Positions 42,381-52,261 of a stretch of DNA of 64,000 bases are shown in pieces. Where the stretch lies: assembly GCA_040377375.1 (NCBI GenBank), contig JBEIOV010000004.1:66249-130248 (forward strand). Reading direction: 5' to 3'. The stretch is from Hylemonella sp. (GTDB taxonomy: Bacteria; Pseudomonadota; Gammaproteobacteria; Burkholderiales; Burkholderiaceae_C). The first letter of the stretch is position 1. Every line of letters begins with the position of its first letter. The position numbers and the translations under genes were made by a program. The notes under the pieces were generated by a model. That model was not told the origin of the DNA. It worked only from the letters and a program-made list of their open reading frames with translations, and did not search any database.

Positions 42381-43124
42381 ATGTCCGAACCACTCGCCCC
42401 TCCTCCACCGCAGCCACAGAGCGCGCCCAAAGACGCTGGCCTTGAACCCTCGGGACTATGGGGCTCGTCAGGCGACATCTCGCGGCGCGCTGGAATCCTG
42501 ATCGCCATCCTGCTCGTCACCGGACTCCTGGCCTTGTCCGACAGTGTTCACCACCAGATCGTCGCTGTCATTGCGCTGGCAGAACCGGTGATCGCGCAGC
42601 ACCCTGTTCTGGGTGCCCTGATTTTCATGGGGCTGGCGGCGCTCTCGGCCATGCTGGTGTTCTTCTCCGGTGTGCTGCTTGTTCCCATCGGTGTTCAGAC
42701 CTGGGGCGAGGCGGGCTGCTTTCTCATGCTGTGGAGCGGCTGGTGTCTGGGTGGCCTGGTCACCTATTCCATCGGCCGCCGCCTGAAACGCCCCGCCGTG
42801 CGGCGAATGCTGCCCGGTGGAATGATCGACCGCTATGAAAACCGCATCCCGGAGGGTGGTTCTTTCACTACCGCCGTGCTGGTTCAGCTGGCGGTTCCGT
42901 CAGACGTCTCGGGGTACTTCTTCGGGCTGCTTGGCTACCCGCTGCGCGTCTATCTCGGCGCGCTGATGCTCACCGAGATCCCTTATGCCCTGGGTACGGT
43001 TTTTCTCGGCAACGCCTTCATGCAAAAACAGTATGTGCTGCTGCTTTCTGCCGCCGCTGTGGCGTTTGTGGTACTGAGCTTGGCCTGGCTTCGATGGTGG
43101 CACAAGCGCACATCTCTTTTGTAG
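42381..43124 (+). CDS. TVP38/TMEM64 (VTT/DedA-like) family membrane protein
   Basis: 247 aa with a Pro-rich N-terminus and about 5 TM helices. The family assignment is from overall pattern only, and the start is not supported by an SD. Confidence 0.6.
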   Translation: MSEPLAPPPPQPQSAPKDAGLEPSGLWGSSGDISRRAGILIAILLVTGLLALSDSVHHQIVAVIALAEPVIAQHPVLGALIFMGLAALSAMLVFFSGVLLVPIGVQTWGEAGCFLMLWSGWCLGGLVTYSIGRRLKRPAVRRMLPGGMIDRYENRIPEGGSFTTAVLVQLAVPSDVSGYFFGLLGYPLRVYLGALMLTEIPYALGTVFLGNAFMQKQYVLLLSAAAVAFVVLSLAWLRWWHKRTSLL

Positions 43125-43170
43125 CAACAAGGGCCTGCGGCATGCCAGCGACTCCAGGCCACGCCATCAA

Positions 43171-44154
43171 TCAGTGAGCGAGAACCAGAGGATTCAAGGG
43201 GGTCAGGGCCTTGTTTTGCGTGAGAAACTGGATCAGGTTGTCGGCCGCCAGGTTGGCCATCGCCAGCCGGGTGGGCACGCTGGAGCTGGCGATGTGCGGG
43301 GTCAGCACCACGTTGGGCACGGTCAGCAGATCGGGGTGCACCATGGGTTCGCCCTCGAACACATCGAGACCCGCCGCGGCGATGCGCCTGTCGCGCAGGG
43401 CGGCGGCCAGCGCCGCGTCGTCCACGATGCCGCCGCGCGCGATGTTGACCAGCGTCGCGGTCGGCTTCATCTGCGCCAGTTCGGCCACGCCAATCGCATG
43501 GTGGGAAGCGGCCGAATACGGCAGCACCAGCACCAGATGGTCGGCTGATCCGAGCAGTTCTTCCTTGCTGACGTAGCGCGCCTTGCATTCAGTTTCGGTC
43601 GCCGCATCAAGGCGTGAACGGTTGTGGTAGATCACGCTCATGCCAAAACCGTGCGCGCCGCGCCGCGCAATGCCCTGTCCGATGCGGCCCATGCCCAGGA
43701 TGCCCAGCGTCGCGCCATGGATGTCGGAGCCGGCGAACATGTCGTAGCTCCACTTGGTCCATTTGCCGGCACGCAGATAATGCTCGCTCTCGGTGATGCG
43801 CCGCGCGGTGGCCATCAGCAAAGCGAAACCGAAGTCGGCGGTGGTCTCCGTCAGCACGTCGGGTGTGTTGGTGCCCAGCACGCCGCGCGCCGTCATGGCA
43901 TCAAGGTCGAAGTTGTTGTAGCCCACGGCCATGTTGGCGCAGATCTTGAGCTGGGGACAGGCCGCCAGCACCTCGGCATCAATGCGGTCTCCGCCCGTGG
44001 TGAAAGCACCCACCTTGTCGCTCAGCTTTTCCGTCAGCTGCGCCTTGGACCAGGTTTCATCGGCCTGGTTGGCTTGGACCTCGAAGTGCTGTTGAAGGCG
44101 CGCAATGACCTCGGGGAAAATGGCGCGGGCGACGAGGATTTTGGGTTTGCTCAT
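43171..44154 (-). CDS. D-2-hydroxyacid dehydrogenase (glyoxylate/hydroxypyruvate reductase-like)
   Basis: ORF 43171..44226 trimmed to the ATG at 44154 (MSKPKILVARAIF...). It has the NAD-binding motif GILGMGRIGQGIARR and the catalytic His in TPHIASS. Confidence 0.85.
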   Translation of the reverse strand: MSKPKILVARAIFPEVIARLQQHFEVQANQADETWSKAQLTEKLSDKVGAFTTGGDRIDAEVLAACPQLKICANMAVGYNNFDLDAMTARGVLGTNTPDVLTETTADFGFALLMATARRITESEHYLRAGKWTKWSYDMFAGSDIHGATLGILGMGRIGQGIARRGAHGFGMSVIYHNRSRLDAATETECKARYVSKEELLGSADHLVLVLPYSAASHHAIGVAELAQMKPTATLVNIARGGIVDDAALAAALRDRRIAAAGLDVFEGEPMVHPDLLTVPNVVLTPHIASSSVPTRLAMANLAADNLIQFLTQNKALTPLNPLVLAH

Positions 44155-44165
44155 GCAGATTGTCC

Positions 44166-45578
44166 TTAGCGGAACCAGATGAAGGTCACGATGATAAACA
44201 GCGGAATCAGGACGGCACCCGACCACGCCATATACCCGAAGAAACTGGGCATCTTGACACCCCGGTCCTCGGCGATGGACTTGACCATCAGATTGGGAGC
44301 GTTGCCAATATAGGTATTGGCGCCCATGAAGACGGCTCCGGCTGAAATTGCGGCCAGCGTGGGCGCCAGCGCGTTCATCAACACCTGGGGGTCTCCCCCG
44401 GCGGTATTGAAGAAAACCAGGTAGGTCGGCGCATTGTCGAGAAATGAGCTCAAGGCGCCACTGGCCCAGAAATACATGGCCGGATCGGGCGTGCCGTCGG
44501 GCCGGGTCACGGCCGAGACGATGGCGCTGAACGGCCCGTTCACGCCGGCCTTGAGCATCGCGATCACCGGAATAATGGTCAGGAAAATGCCGGCGAACAG
44601 CTTGGCCACCTCCTGCATCGGCCCCCAGGAGAACTGGTTGCCTTCATGAACCTGGGCCGGCGTGAACTTGAGCGACAGCAGTGTGATGATGATCAGGCCG
44701 GCGTCGCGCACCAGGCCGGGCAAGCCCACCTCGGTGCCCAGGATGTTGAACGCCACGGGCGACTTCCAGAAACCGCTGAGCAGAACCAGTACCACGATCA
44801 CACCGAGCAGCCAGAAATTGGCGGCGCCATCGAATCCAATGCGCTTGTTGTCAGGCGTCGGATCCGTTGGCAGGAGTTCCTCGCGCCGGTGGTAATACCA
44901 CGAGTCCAGCAGATAGAAGATTGCGAGCAAGGCGCCGACCAGAAACAGGGTCTCCGGGAAGATGTGGCTCACAGTCCAGAAAAAGTCAACCCCCTTGAGA
45001 AAGCCGAGGAACAGCGGAGGATCGCCCAACGGCGTCAGCGATCCACCGGCGTTGGAGACGATGAAGATGAAGAACACCACCACATGGGCCTTGTGGATGC
45101 GGTTGTCGTTGGCGCGAATCAGCGGACGGATCATCAGCATCGAGGCGCCCGTGGTCCCCATGAAACTTGCCAGCACCGCGCCAATGGCCAGGATCGCGGT
45201 GTTGAGCCCCGGGCTGCCATGCAGATTGCCCCGGATGTGGATGCCGCCGGCCACCGTAAACAAGGCCGTCAGCAGCAAAATGAACGGGATGTACTCGGCC
45301 AGCAGCGCGTGCATGAAATTGACCCCGGCCACCGCCGGGCCGAAGGCATAGGCAAACGGCAGCAGAAAGGCCAGTCCCCAGGCGGCTGCCACCTTGCCGA
45401 AATGGTGGTGCCAGAAGATGGGCGTCAGCAGTGGCATCAGAGCAATCGACAGCAGGATGCCGGCAAATGGCACGCCCCACAACGGCGAGAGCTGACTGCC
45501 GTCGAACTCCGCGGCCAGGGCCAGGCCAGGTGAAAGCGCCAGCAGCGCGGCGACAGCCAGTGAAGGAATAGGTCTCAT
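44166..45578 (-). CDS. Ion transporter superfamily membrane protein (annotated-type: sodium:proton antiporter / ArsB-NhaD-like)
   Basis: ORF 44166..45635 trimmed to the ATG at 45578, after GGAGA (MRPIPSLAVAALLALSPGLALA...). It has about 12 TM helices. Confidence 0.7.
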   Translation of the reverse strand: MRPIPSLAVAALLALSPGLALAAEFDGSQLSPLWGVPFAGILLSIALMPLLTPIFWHHHFGKVAAAWGLAFLLPFAYAFGPAVAGVNFMHALLAEYIPFILLLTALFTVAGGIHIRGNLHGSPGLNTAILAIGAVLASFMGTTGASMLMIRPLIRANDNRIHKAHVVVFFIFIVSNAGGSLTPLGDPPLFLGFLKGVDFFWTVSHIFPETLFLVGALLAIFYLLDSWYYHRREELLPTDPTPDNKRIGFDGAANFWLLGVIVVLVLLSGFWKSPVAFNILGTEVGLPGLVRDAGLIIITLLSLKFTPAQVHEGNQFSWGPMQEVAKLFAGIFLTIIPVIAMLKAGVNGPFSAIVSAVTRPDGTPDPAMYFWASGALSSFLDNAPTYLVFFNTAGGDPQVLMNALAPTLAAISAGAVFMGANTYIGNAPNLMVKSIAEDRGVKMPSFFGYMAWSGAVLIPLFIIVTFIWFR

Positions 45579-45618
45579 GAATTTTGGTCTCCAGCCAATG
45601 GGGCCCGAGCATAACGGA

Positions 45619-46827
45619 TCACGACGCGGACGCAATCTCGAAAACCTGCCGCAAATAAGCCAGGTACTTCTCGTCGTCGCACATGTTCTTGGAGGGTGTA
45701 TCGCTGAGCTTGGCCACCGGCTGGCCGTTGCAGCGCGTCATCTTGATGACGATCTGCAAGGGTTCGTAGCCCAGGTCATTGGTCAGGTTGGTGCCGATGC
45801 CAAAGGCCAGCTGGCAGCGTCCCCTGAATTGCTGGTACAGCTCGATGATGCGCGGCACGGTCAGGCTGTCGCTGAAGATCAGCGTCTTGGTGCGCGGATC
45901 AACCCGGTTGGCCCGGTAATGCGCAATGATGCGCTCGCCCCAGGCAAACGGGTCGCCGCTGTCGTGCCGGGCGCCGTCAAACAGCTTGCAGAAATACAGG
46001 TCGAAGTCACGCAGGAAGGCATTGATGCCATAGACATCGCTCAGGGCGATGCCCAGGTCGCCGCGGTACTCCTTCGCCCACGATTCGAAGCCGAACACCT
46101 GGCTGTCGCGCAGCCGCGGTCCCAGGGCCTGGCACGCCTGGAGATATTCATGGGCCATGGTGCCCAGCGGGGTGAGACCCAGCTTCATGGCATAGAGCAC
46201 ATTGCTGGTGCCCGCCAACTGACCGGCACCAGCCGCCGGGCCCGCGCTGCCAGGAACAGTCCCCAGGCGGGCCGCGAGCACCCGCAGCACCTCTTCATGC
46301 CAGGCCTTGCTGAAACGGCGGCGTGTGCCGTAGTCGGCGATCTTGAGTTCGCTCAGTTCCGGGGTCTGCAACAGCGCCATTTTGGCGTCGAGCCGCTTGC
46401 GTCCCTCCATGAAATCAGGCACTTTTTGGGTATTGCGGAAATACACCTCGTTGACGATGGCCAGCACCGGGATTTCAAACAGGATGGCGTGCAGCCAGGG
46501 CCCCTGGATGACAATGTCGATCTCGCCCGAAGGGCGCGGTGTGACGGTGATGTATTTCTCGTTGAGCTTGAACAGGCCGAGAAAATCGACAAAATCGCTC
46601 TTGATGAAACGCATGGAACGCAGATAGGCCAGCTCCGCGTCCTGAAACTGCAGGCTGCACAGCGAGCGGATTTCATCGCGGATTTCATTCACGTACGGCG
46701 CCAGATTGATCCCCGCGTTGCGGCACTTGAAGCGGTATTCGACCTGCGCGCCCGGAAACTGATGCAGCACGACCTGCATCATGGTGAACTTGTAGAGGTC
46801 GGTATCGAGAAGACTGGTGATGATCAT
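45619..46827 (-). CDS. pncB: Nicotinate phosphoribosyltransferase
   Basis: 402 aa with the N-terminus [18 protein letters not shown], characteristic of PncB. Confidence 0.9.
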   Translation of the reverse strand: MIITSLLDTDLYKFTMMQVVLHQFPGAQVEYRFKCRNAGINLAPYVNEIRDEIRSLCSLQFQDAELAYLRSMRFIKSDFVDFLGLFKLNEKYITVTPRPSGEIDIVIQGPWLHAILFEIPVLAIVNEVYFRNTQKVPDFMEGRKRLDAKMALLQTPELSELKIADYGTRRRFSKAWHEEVLRVLAARLGTVPGSAGPAAGAGQLAGTSNVLYAMKLGLTPLGTMAHEYLQACQALGPRLRDSQVFGFESWAKEYRGDLGIALSDVYGINAFLRDFDLYFCKLFDGARHDSGDPFAWGERIIAHYRANRVDPRTKTLIFSDSLTVPRIIELYQQFRGRCQLAFGIGTNLTNDLGYEPLQIVIKMTRCNGQPVAKLSDTPSKNMCDDEKYLAYLRQVFEIASAS

Positions 46828-47076
46828 GATCGGACTTTAAGCGCCAAGCTGGCCGGCCACCAGTGTAATAACCCGCTCTGCCGGCCCGACCCGAATGAGC
46901 CTGGCTCGTTTACCCGCCGGTACCGCTCGGACATCTGTGCCCGCCATGGACAACAACAAAAATCGGGAAACCTTCCGCCAATACTGCGTGAGGCGCTCCT
47001 GAAACTATAGCAAATTGAGGCCGTTACGTGCTTGGCCATACGCGTGAGGAAGGGAAGGTCAGCCACGAAGCCGGCC

Positions 47077-47772
47077 TCATTCGAGCCAGTGCGTGAACTC
47101 GGCCACTGGCACGCGGGGCGTGTGAAAGGTATTGACAATGTCGGTCTCATCGGCGTAGCCCAGCGCCATGCCGCACACCAGCATCTCCTGCGCACCCGCC
47201 CCAATATGCGGCAGGATGATCCTGGCAAAGCCGTTCCAGGCCGCCTGCGGGCAGGTGTGCAGGCCATGGCCCCGTGCAGCCAGCATGATGTTCTGCAAAA
47301 ACATGCCATAGTCCATCAACGAGCCACGCCCCATGACACGGTCGAGCGTGAACATGAGTCCCACCGGCGCGTCAAAAAATTTGAAATTGCGCTGGTGCTG
47401 CGCATGCATCTTGTCCTTGTCGCCCTTGCCGATGCCCAGCAGGCCATACAGGCCCCAGCCGTTCTCGCGGCGGCGCTCGATATAGGGACTGACCCATTTC
47501 TCCGGGTAGTAATCGTATTCCTCGCGGTACTCGCCCGCCAATGCCGGATCGGCACGCAAGGCGTCATGGGCGGCGCACACCTTGTCCACCAGCGTGTCAC
47601 GGCTGGCCCCCTGCAGCACATACACCTTCCAGGGCTGGGTGTTGGTGCCCGATGGCGCGCGGCTGGCCACCCGCAGCAATTCGGTGATGAGCGCGCGCGG
47701 CACGGCCTGCGGCGTGAAGGCACGGGTCGACATGCGCGATGTGATCGCGTCATCCACGGACATGGGTGTCAT
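47077..47772 (-). CDS. Nitroreductase-family flavoprotein
   Basis: ORF 47077..47994 trimmed to the ATG at 47772, which overlaps the upstream stop (ATGA). It has the motifs STRAFTPQ and SGTNTQPWK. Confidence 0.8.
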   Translation of the reverse strand: MTPMSVDDAITSRMSTRAFTPQAVPRALITELLRVASRAPSGTNTQPWKVYVLQGASRDTLVDKVCAAHDALRADPALAGEYREEYDYYPEKWVSPYIERRRENGWGLYGLLGIGKGDKDKMHAQHQRNFKFFDAPVGLMFTLDRVMGRGSLMDYGMFLQNIMLAARGHGLHTCPQAAWNGFARIILPHIGAGAQEMLVCGMALGYADETDIVNTFHTPRVPVAEFTHWLE

Positions 47773-48215
47773 GCAAGCGTCTCCAGAACAGATATGAGTT
47801 TGACGGGAAGTGGAACAGGGCGGCGGGTTTGCCGGTCCACATAGACATGGATGAAATGGCCCTGGGCCGCGGCCAGCTCCGTGCCTTGGGCAAACAGCCC
47901 AACTTCGTAGCGCACGCTGGAGTTGCCCAAGCGGGCCACCCGGATGCCGGCCTCCACGGTCTGGGGAAAGGCCAGCGGCGCGAAGTAATTGCACTGGGTC
48001 TCGATCACCAGGCCGATGGCCTCGCCTTGGTGAATGTCCAGCGCGCCTTGCTCGATCAGCCAGGCATTCACAGCCGTGTCAAACCAGCTGTAATAGACGA
48101 CATTGTTGACGTGCCCATAGACGTCGTTGTCCATCCAGCGTGTGCCGATCGGGCGAAACACTTTGTAGTCGCTACGCGCCCGTGGCCGTGGTTTTTCATT
48201 TTTGGCTTCCATCAT
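47769..48215 (-). CDS. Acyl-CoA thioesterase, hotdog fold (4HBT/YbgC-like)
   Basis: 148 aa with the catalytic region [20 protein letters not shown]. Confidence 0.8.
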   Translation of the reverse strand: MMEAKNEKPRPRARSDYKVFRPIGTRWMDNDVYGHVNNVVYYSWFDTAVNAWLIEQGALDIHQGEAIGLVIETQCNYFAPLAFPQTVEAGIRVARLGNSSVRYEVGLFAQGTELAAAQGHFIHVYVDRQTRRPVPLPVKLISVLETLA

Positions 48216-49173
48216 GGGACATGATTTTGCCAGCCTGCGCGCCTGCCGCCGCCAAGGCTTGCCAACGCTGCCAGTAATCGAGCGCCACGCGGTAAGTGTT
48301 TAGCTGCACCTGCACGGTTTCCTCGATCTTGACGCCATAACCGCCGGCCATGGCAAGCGCCAGCGGAATGCGCCGCTGCCAGCACCAGTCGAACACCCGG
48401 CGGTCGCGCGCCTCCAGTCCGTCAAATGTGAGCTTCAGACGCCCCAGACGGTCCCCCTCGAACGGATCGGCACCTGCAAGGAACATCACGGCACAGGGCT
48501 CAAACCGGCGCGCCATCTCATCAAGCGCGACCTCCAGTGCCTGCAGGTACTCCGCATCGCCGCAGCCGTCGGCCAGTGCCACATCCAGATCACTGCTTTC
48601 CTTGCGAAACGGAAAATTTTTCTCGCCATGCAGCGACAGCGTGAACACACTGGCATCATTTTTGAAAATACTGGCCGTGCCATTGCCCTGGTGCACATCC
48701 AGATCGATCACGGCCACCCGCAAGACATGGGCATGCGTTCTGCCCCACTCGGCCTGCAACAGCCGGGCCGCGACAGCCACATCGTTGAAGACGCAAAATC
48801 CACCGCCCCCGTCCGCATGGGCATGGTGCGTGCCTCCCGCCATATTGGCCGCCACACCTTCCTGCAGGGCACAACGCAGCGCGGCCACGGTGGCCCCGGC
48901 CGAACGCCGTGAGCGCTCCACCATGGCCGTACTCCAGGGAAAGCCGATCTCACGCATGGCCGAAGCACTGATCGACCCCTCCACCAGCGAAGCGATATAG
49001 GCCGGGCTGTGCGCCAGCGCCAGTTCGCCATCGCCGGCGGCTGGGGCCTCCTGCATTCGCACCGCCGGCAACTCGCGCGCCACACGGTCACGCAGCATGC
49101 CGTACTTGGCCATGGGAAATCGATGCCCGTCGGGTAGCGGCAATACAAAGTGATCGGAATAAAAAGCCCTCAT
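48196..49173 (-). CDS. Histone deacetylase-family (HDAC/AcuC-like) amidohydrolase
   Basis: ORF 48196..49209 trimmed to the ATG at 49173 ([13 protein letters not shown]...). It has the motifs [23 protein letters not shown] and DLDVHQGNG. Its 3' end overlaps the thioesterase start by 20 nt. Confidence 0.85.
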   Translation of the reverse strand: MRAFYSDHFVLPLPDGHRFPMAKYGMLRDRVARELPAVRMQEAPAAGDGELALAHSPAYIASLVEGSISASAMREIGFPWSTAMVERSRRSAGATVAALRCALQEGVAANMAGGTHHAHADGGGGFCVFNDVAVAARLLQAEWGRTHAHVLRVAVIDLDVHQGNGTASIFKNDASVFTLSLHGEKNFPFRKESSDLDVALADGCGDAEYLQALEVALDEMARRFEPCAVMFLAGADPFEGDRLGRLKLTFDGLEARDRRVFDWCWQRRIPLALAMAGGYGVKIEETVQVQLNTYRVALDYWQRWQALAAAGAQAGKIMSHDGSQK

Positions 49174-49229
49174 GCCGCCATTGTGTCGGGGCGATGAAAG
49201 GCCGCTCATCTAGAACAGCACCTCTAATA

Positions 49230-49305
49230 TGCTGCAACGCAGCAAAACATGCTTGCAAACGTTCATGGCATCCCTATAATTTATTTCATGCTGCACTGCA
49301 ACATG
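49230..49305 (+). promoter_or_regulatory. Phasin promoter (TTGCAA-16 nt-TATAAT) flanked by TGC-rich palindromes (candidate PhaR operators)
   Basis: The -35 element is at 49253-49258 and the -10 element at 49275-49280. The palindrome TGCTGC-AAC-GCAGCA is at 49230-49244. The 19-bp palindrome CATGCTGCA-C-TGCAACATG, with one mismatched pair, is at 49287-49305. Confidence 0.55.
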
Positions 49306-49372
49306 AGTCGGGCGAAAGCTGAGTTACGGCGCAGATACCGGTTCATCACCCACTTTTTATGGAGATATTCAT

Positions 49373-49915
49373 ATGCTGACCGTCGAACAAGTTGTCGCTT
49401 CCAACAAAGCCAATATTGAAACCCTGTTTGGCCTGACCGCCAAAGCCTTTGAAGGCGTTGAGAAGCTGGTCGAGCTGAACCTGACCGCATCCAAAGCCGC
49501 CCTGTCGGAAGCCTCTGGCCACGCCCAGGCCGTACTGAGCGCCAAAGACGCGCAGGAACTGCTGGCACTCCAATCCAGCCTGTTCCAGCCGCTGGCCGAG
49601 AAGACCGCTGCCTACAGCCGTCATCTGTACGACATCGCATCGGGTTCCAGTGCTGAATTTGCCAAGGCATTCGAAAGCCAGACCACCGATGCGCAAAAGA
49701 AATTCATCAGTGTGGTGGACAATGCCGCCAAGAATGCCCCAGCCGGCTCCGAGACTGCGGTTGCCGTCATCCAAAGCGCCGTGTCAGCTGCCAACAACGC
49801 TTTTGAATCCGTGCAAAAAGCCATCAAGCAGGCGACCGATGTGGCCGAAGCCAACTTCAACGCGGTAGCGGCTACCGCCGCCAACGCGTCCAAACCCGTG
49901 GCAAAAAAGCGTTGA
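49373..49915 (+). CDS. phaP: Phasin (PHA granule-associated protein)
   Basis: 180 aa Ala-rich amphipathic protein. The segments [31 protein letters not shown] and [19 protein letters not shown] are typical of the TIGR01841-type phasin family. It has a GGAGA SD. Confidence 0.9.
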   Translation: MLTVEQVVASNKANIETLFGLTAKAFEGVEKLVELNLTASKAALSEASGHAQAVLSAKDAQELLALQSSLFQPLAEKTAAYSRHLYDIASGSSAEFAKAFESQTTDAQKKFISVVDNAAKNAPAGSETAVAVIQSAVSAANNAFESVQKAIKQATDVAEANFNAVAATAANASKPVAKKR

Positions 49916-50087
49916 ACAGGTAAGACGAACGCAAAGTTACAGAAATATTTTTCCTTCTTGAGCAAATACAGCACACAGCAAGGGAAAACCCTGAGATACT
50001 TGCACTAATCAGTTTTTGAAAACGAAAGTTTTCGCTGGTTGTCTCCTCGGGTCCTTTCGAAACCTTCTGGTTCAGGGATCCCTTCAA

Positions 50088-50116
50088 GGCCTCGTCGCAA
50101 GACGGGGCCTTTTTTT
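50088..50116 (+). terminator. Rho-independent terminator
   Basis: A 9-bp stem GGCCTCGTC/GACGGGGCC with a GCAA tetraloop, followed by T7. It lies 172 nt downstream of the phasin stop. Confidence 0.85.
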
Positions 50117-50165
50117 GAGTTTTACAGCCAGGCCAGCATCCCAAAAGCTGGGCACCAGCCATGCG

Positions 50166-51068
50166 CTAACGCGAGAGATTTTCGATCTTTGCGTTCAATC
50201 TCGGCAGCATGGCCGTCATGGATGCCCGGCCCGCTTCGATGGCCTTGCGCCGAGCTCCAAAATCCGTACTGGGCATGCCTGCCAGCAAGGGGCGAACCAC
50301 TACATCGGCATCACTCAACTCAAAACTATTGATGCTCTTGCTCATGATGGCAAAAGTCTGCAGCAGGATTTGCACGGTGTCACCCGCCGGATTGCCTTCA
50401 GGCGCGCTGGAAATGTCCACGGCGATCACCAATTCAGCCCCCATCTGGCGCGCATAGCGCACAGGGACCGGCGACACCAGTCCGCCATCCACATAATCAC
50501 GGCCCGCAATCCGGACCGGCTGAAAGAGCGCGGGAACCGCACTGGAAGCCCGGACAGCCATCCCCGTATCCCCACGCTGAAACAGCACACTTCGGCCGTT
50601 TTTGAGGTCAGTCGCCACGATGCCCAGGGGCAAGGGCATGTCTTCAATCCGCTGACTAGCCACTTGCGTGTTCACGTAGCGCGCCAGTGCTTCACCCCGC
50701 AAAACACCCCGGCTGAAAATCGGCAGCGCCCAGTCTGCAATCGCCGCTTCCTCCATGGTTTCGGCCACTTGCTGCAATTGCCCCCCGGTTTTTCCGCTGG
50801 CATAGATGGCCGCAACCAGACTGCCCGCCGAGGTCCCTGTGACCAGCGCGGGCCGAATGCCGGCCTCCTCCAGTACCTGAATCACCCCCACATGCGCAAA
50901 TCCCCGTGCTGCGCCGCCACCCAGCGCCAACCCGATTTTGGGCGGACGCTTGGATGCCGAAGGCTGAACCGCCATAGGCGGGTCGGCACGAGGCGCCTCC
51001 ACAGGCCTTGAAGCGCATCCCGCCAGCAGCAGCGCAACCAGGCTCATGGCGAAATATTTGATGCTCAT
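50166..51068 (-). CDS. Patatin-like phospholipase lipoprotein (RssA-like)
   Basis: It has the lipobox LLAGC, the oxyanion motif GGGAARG, the nucleophile motif GTSAG and the catalytic Asp in YVDGG. Confidence 0.85.
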   Translation of the reverse strand: MSIKYFAMSLVALLLAGCASRPVEAPRADPPMAVQPSASKRPPKIGLALGGGAARGFAHVGVIQVLEEAGIRPALVTGTSAGSLVAAIYASGKTGGQLQQVAETMEEAAIADWALPIFSRGVLRGEALARYVNTQVASQRIEDMPLPLGIVATDLKNGRSVLFQRGDTGMAVRASSAVPALFQPVRIAGRDYVDGGLVSPVPVRYARQMGAELVIAVDISSAPEGNPAGDTVQILLQTFAIMSKSINSFELSDADVVVRPLLAGMPSTDFGARRKAIEAGRASMTAMLPRLNAKIENLSR

Positions 51069-51082
51069 TTTGATCCTATTTT

Positions 51083-51116
51083 TTGCGAATGATTCGCGTT
51101 TGCTTTATCATTGGAA
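51083..51116. promoter_or_regulatory. Candidate Fur box region upstream of the Fe3+-binding protein gene
   Basis: A perfect 13-bp palindrome GCGAATGATTCGC is at 51085-51097, followed by TTTATCATT. It matches 11 of 19 positions of the GATAATGATAATCATTATC consensus by my alignment. Confidence 0.4.
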
Positions 51117-51141
51117 TGTCAAATCCCATCACCCTACTGTC

Positions 51142-52185
51142 ATGCAGAAAAAATACTTCCCGATCGCCTGCGCCATTGTGCTTGCTGGTAGCGCGGCTTG
51201 CGCGCAAGAGCAGACTCTCAACATTTACTCGGCTCGCCACTACTCGACCGACGAGGCGCTGTACACCGACTTCACCAAAGCCACCGGCATCAAGATCAAC
51301 CGGGTTGACGCCGATGATGCGGGTATTCTCGCGCGGCTCAAGGCCGAGGGCAGTGCCTCGCCAGCAGATGTGATTTTGCTGGTCGATGCAGCACGTCTGT
51401 GGAAAGGCGAAGTCGAAGGGCTATTCCAGCCCGTCAAATCCAAAGTGCTGGATGATGCCATTCCCGCCCAGTTGCGCGGCAAGCCGTCTGCCGACGGCGG
51501 CACACCGTGGTTTGGTTTCTCGACACGCGCCCGCGTGGTGGTTTATGACAAGGTCAAAGTCAAGAAAGAAGACGTCGACACTTACGAGGAACTGGGCGAC
51601 CCTAAAAACAAGGGCAAGCTGTGCATCCGCTCCGGCTCGCACCCCTACAACCTTTCATTGTTCGGCGCAGTGACTGAACACCTGGGAGAACAGAAGGCGG
51701 AACTCTGGCTCAAGGGCATGGTGGACAACATGGCGCGAGCCCCGAAAGGCGGCGACACCGACCAGATCAGGGCCGTGGCATCAGGCGAGTGCAGCATTGC
51801 CGTGACGAATACGTACTACCTTGCACGCCTCATGCGATCAAGCGCCGCCGAAGACAAGGCCCTCGTGGACCGCGTGGGTGTTGTCTTCCCGAATCAGGCC
51901 ACCTGGGGAACACACGTGAATATCGCGGGGGGTGCCGTGGCCAAAAATGCCAAACACCCGGCCAATGCAGTGAAATTCCTGGAGTATCTGGCCAGTCCTG
52001 CGGCGCAAAATCACTTCGCCAATGGCAACAACGAATGGCCGGCTGCCCTTGGTGTGAAGATCAACAACCCTGCCCTGCAAGCCATGACCGGGGGTTCGTT
52101 CAAGAGCGAAACCATCCCGATCAGCGTGGTTGGAATGAATCAGGTCAAGGTGCAGCAGATACTGGACCGGGTGGGTTTCAGGTAG
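51142..52185 (+). CDS. Fe(3+) ABC transporter periplasmic substrate-binding protein (FbpA/IdiA/FutA-like)
   Basis: ORF 51046..52185 trimmed to the ATG at 51142 (MQKKYFPIACAIVLAGSAACAQEQTLNIYSARHY...). It has a signal peptide and the SBP fold pattern. No permease or ATPase gene is adjacent. Confidence 0.8.
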   Translation: MQKKYFPIACAIVLAGSAACAQEQTLNIYSARHYSTDEALYTDFTKATGIKINRVDADDAGILARLKAEGSASPADVILLVDAARLWKGEVEGLFQPVKSKVLDDAIPAQLRGKPSADGGTPWFGFSTRARVVVYDKVKVKKEDVDTYEELGDPKNKGKLCIRSGSHPYNLSLFGAVTEHLGEQKAELWLKGMVDNMARAPKGGDTDQIRAVASGECSIAVTNTYYLARLMRSSAAEDKALVDRVGVVFPNQATWGTHVNIAGGAVAKNAKHPANAVKFLEYLASPAAQNHFANGNNEWPAALGVKINNPALQAMTGGSFKSETIPISVVGMNQVKVQQILDRVGFR

Positions 52186-52192
52186 ACCCTGG

Positions 52193-52230
52193 AAAAAAGC
52201 CTGCACAGCTCTCACCGTGCAGGCTTTTTG
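52193..52230. terminator. Bidirectional rho-independent terminator between the Fe3+-binding protein gene and clpA
   Basis: A6, then a 9-bp stem AGCCTGCAC/GTGCAGGCT with a 10-nt loop, then T5. Confidence 0.8.
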
Positions 52231-52261
52231 AACCCTTCGCTGGGACACAGCTGCCAGCAGG

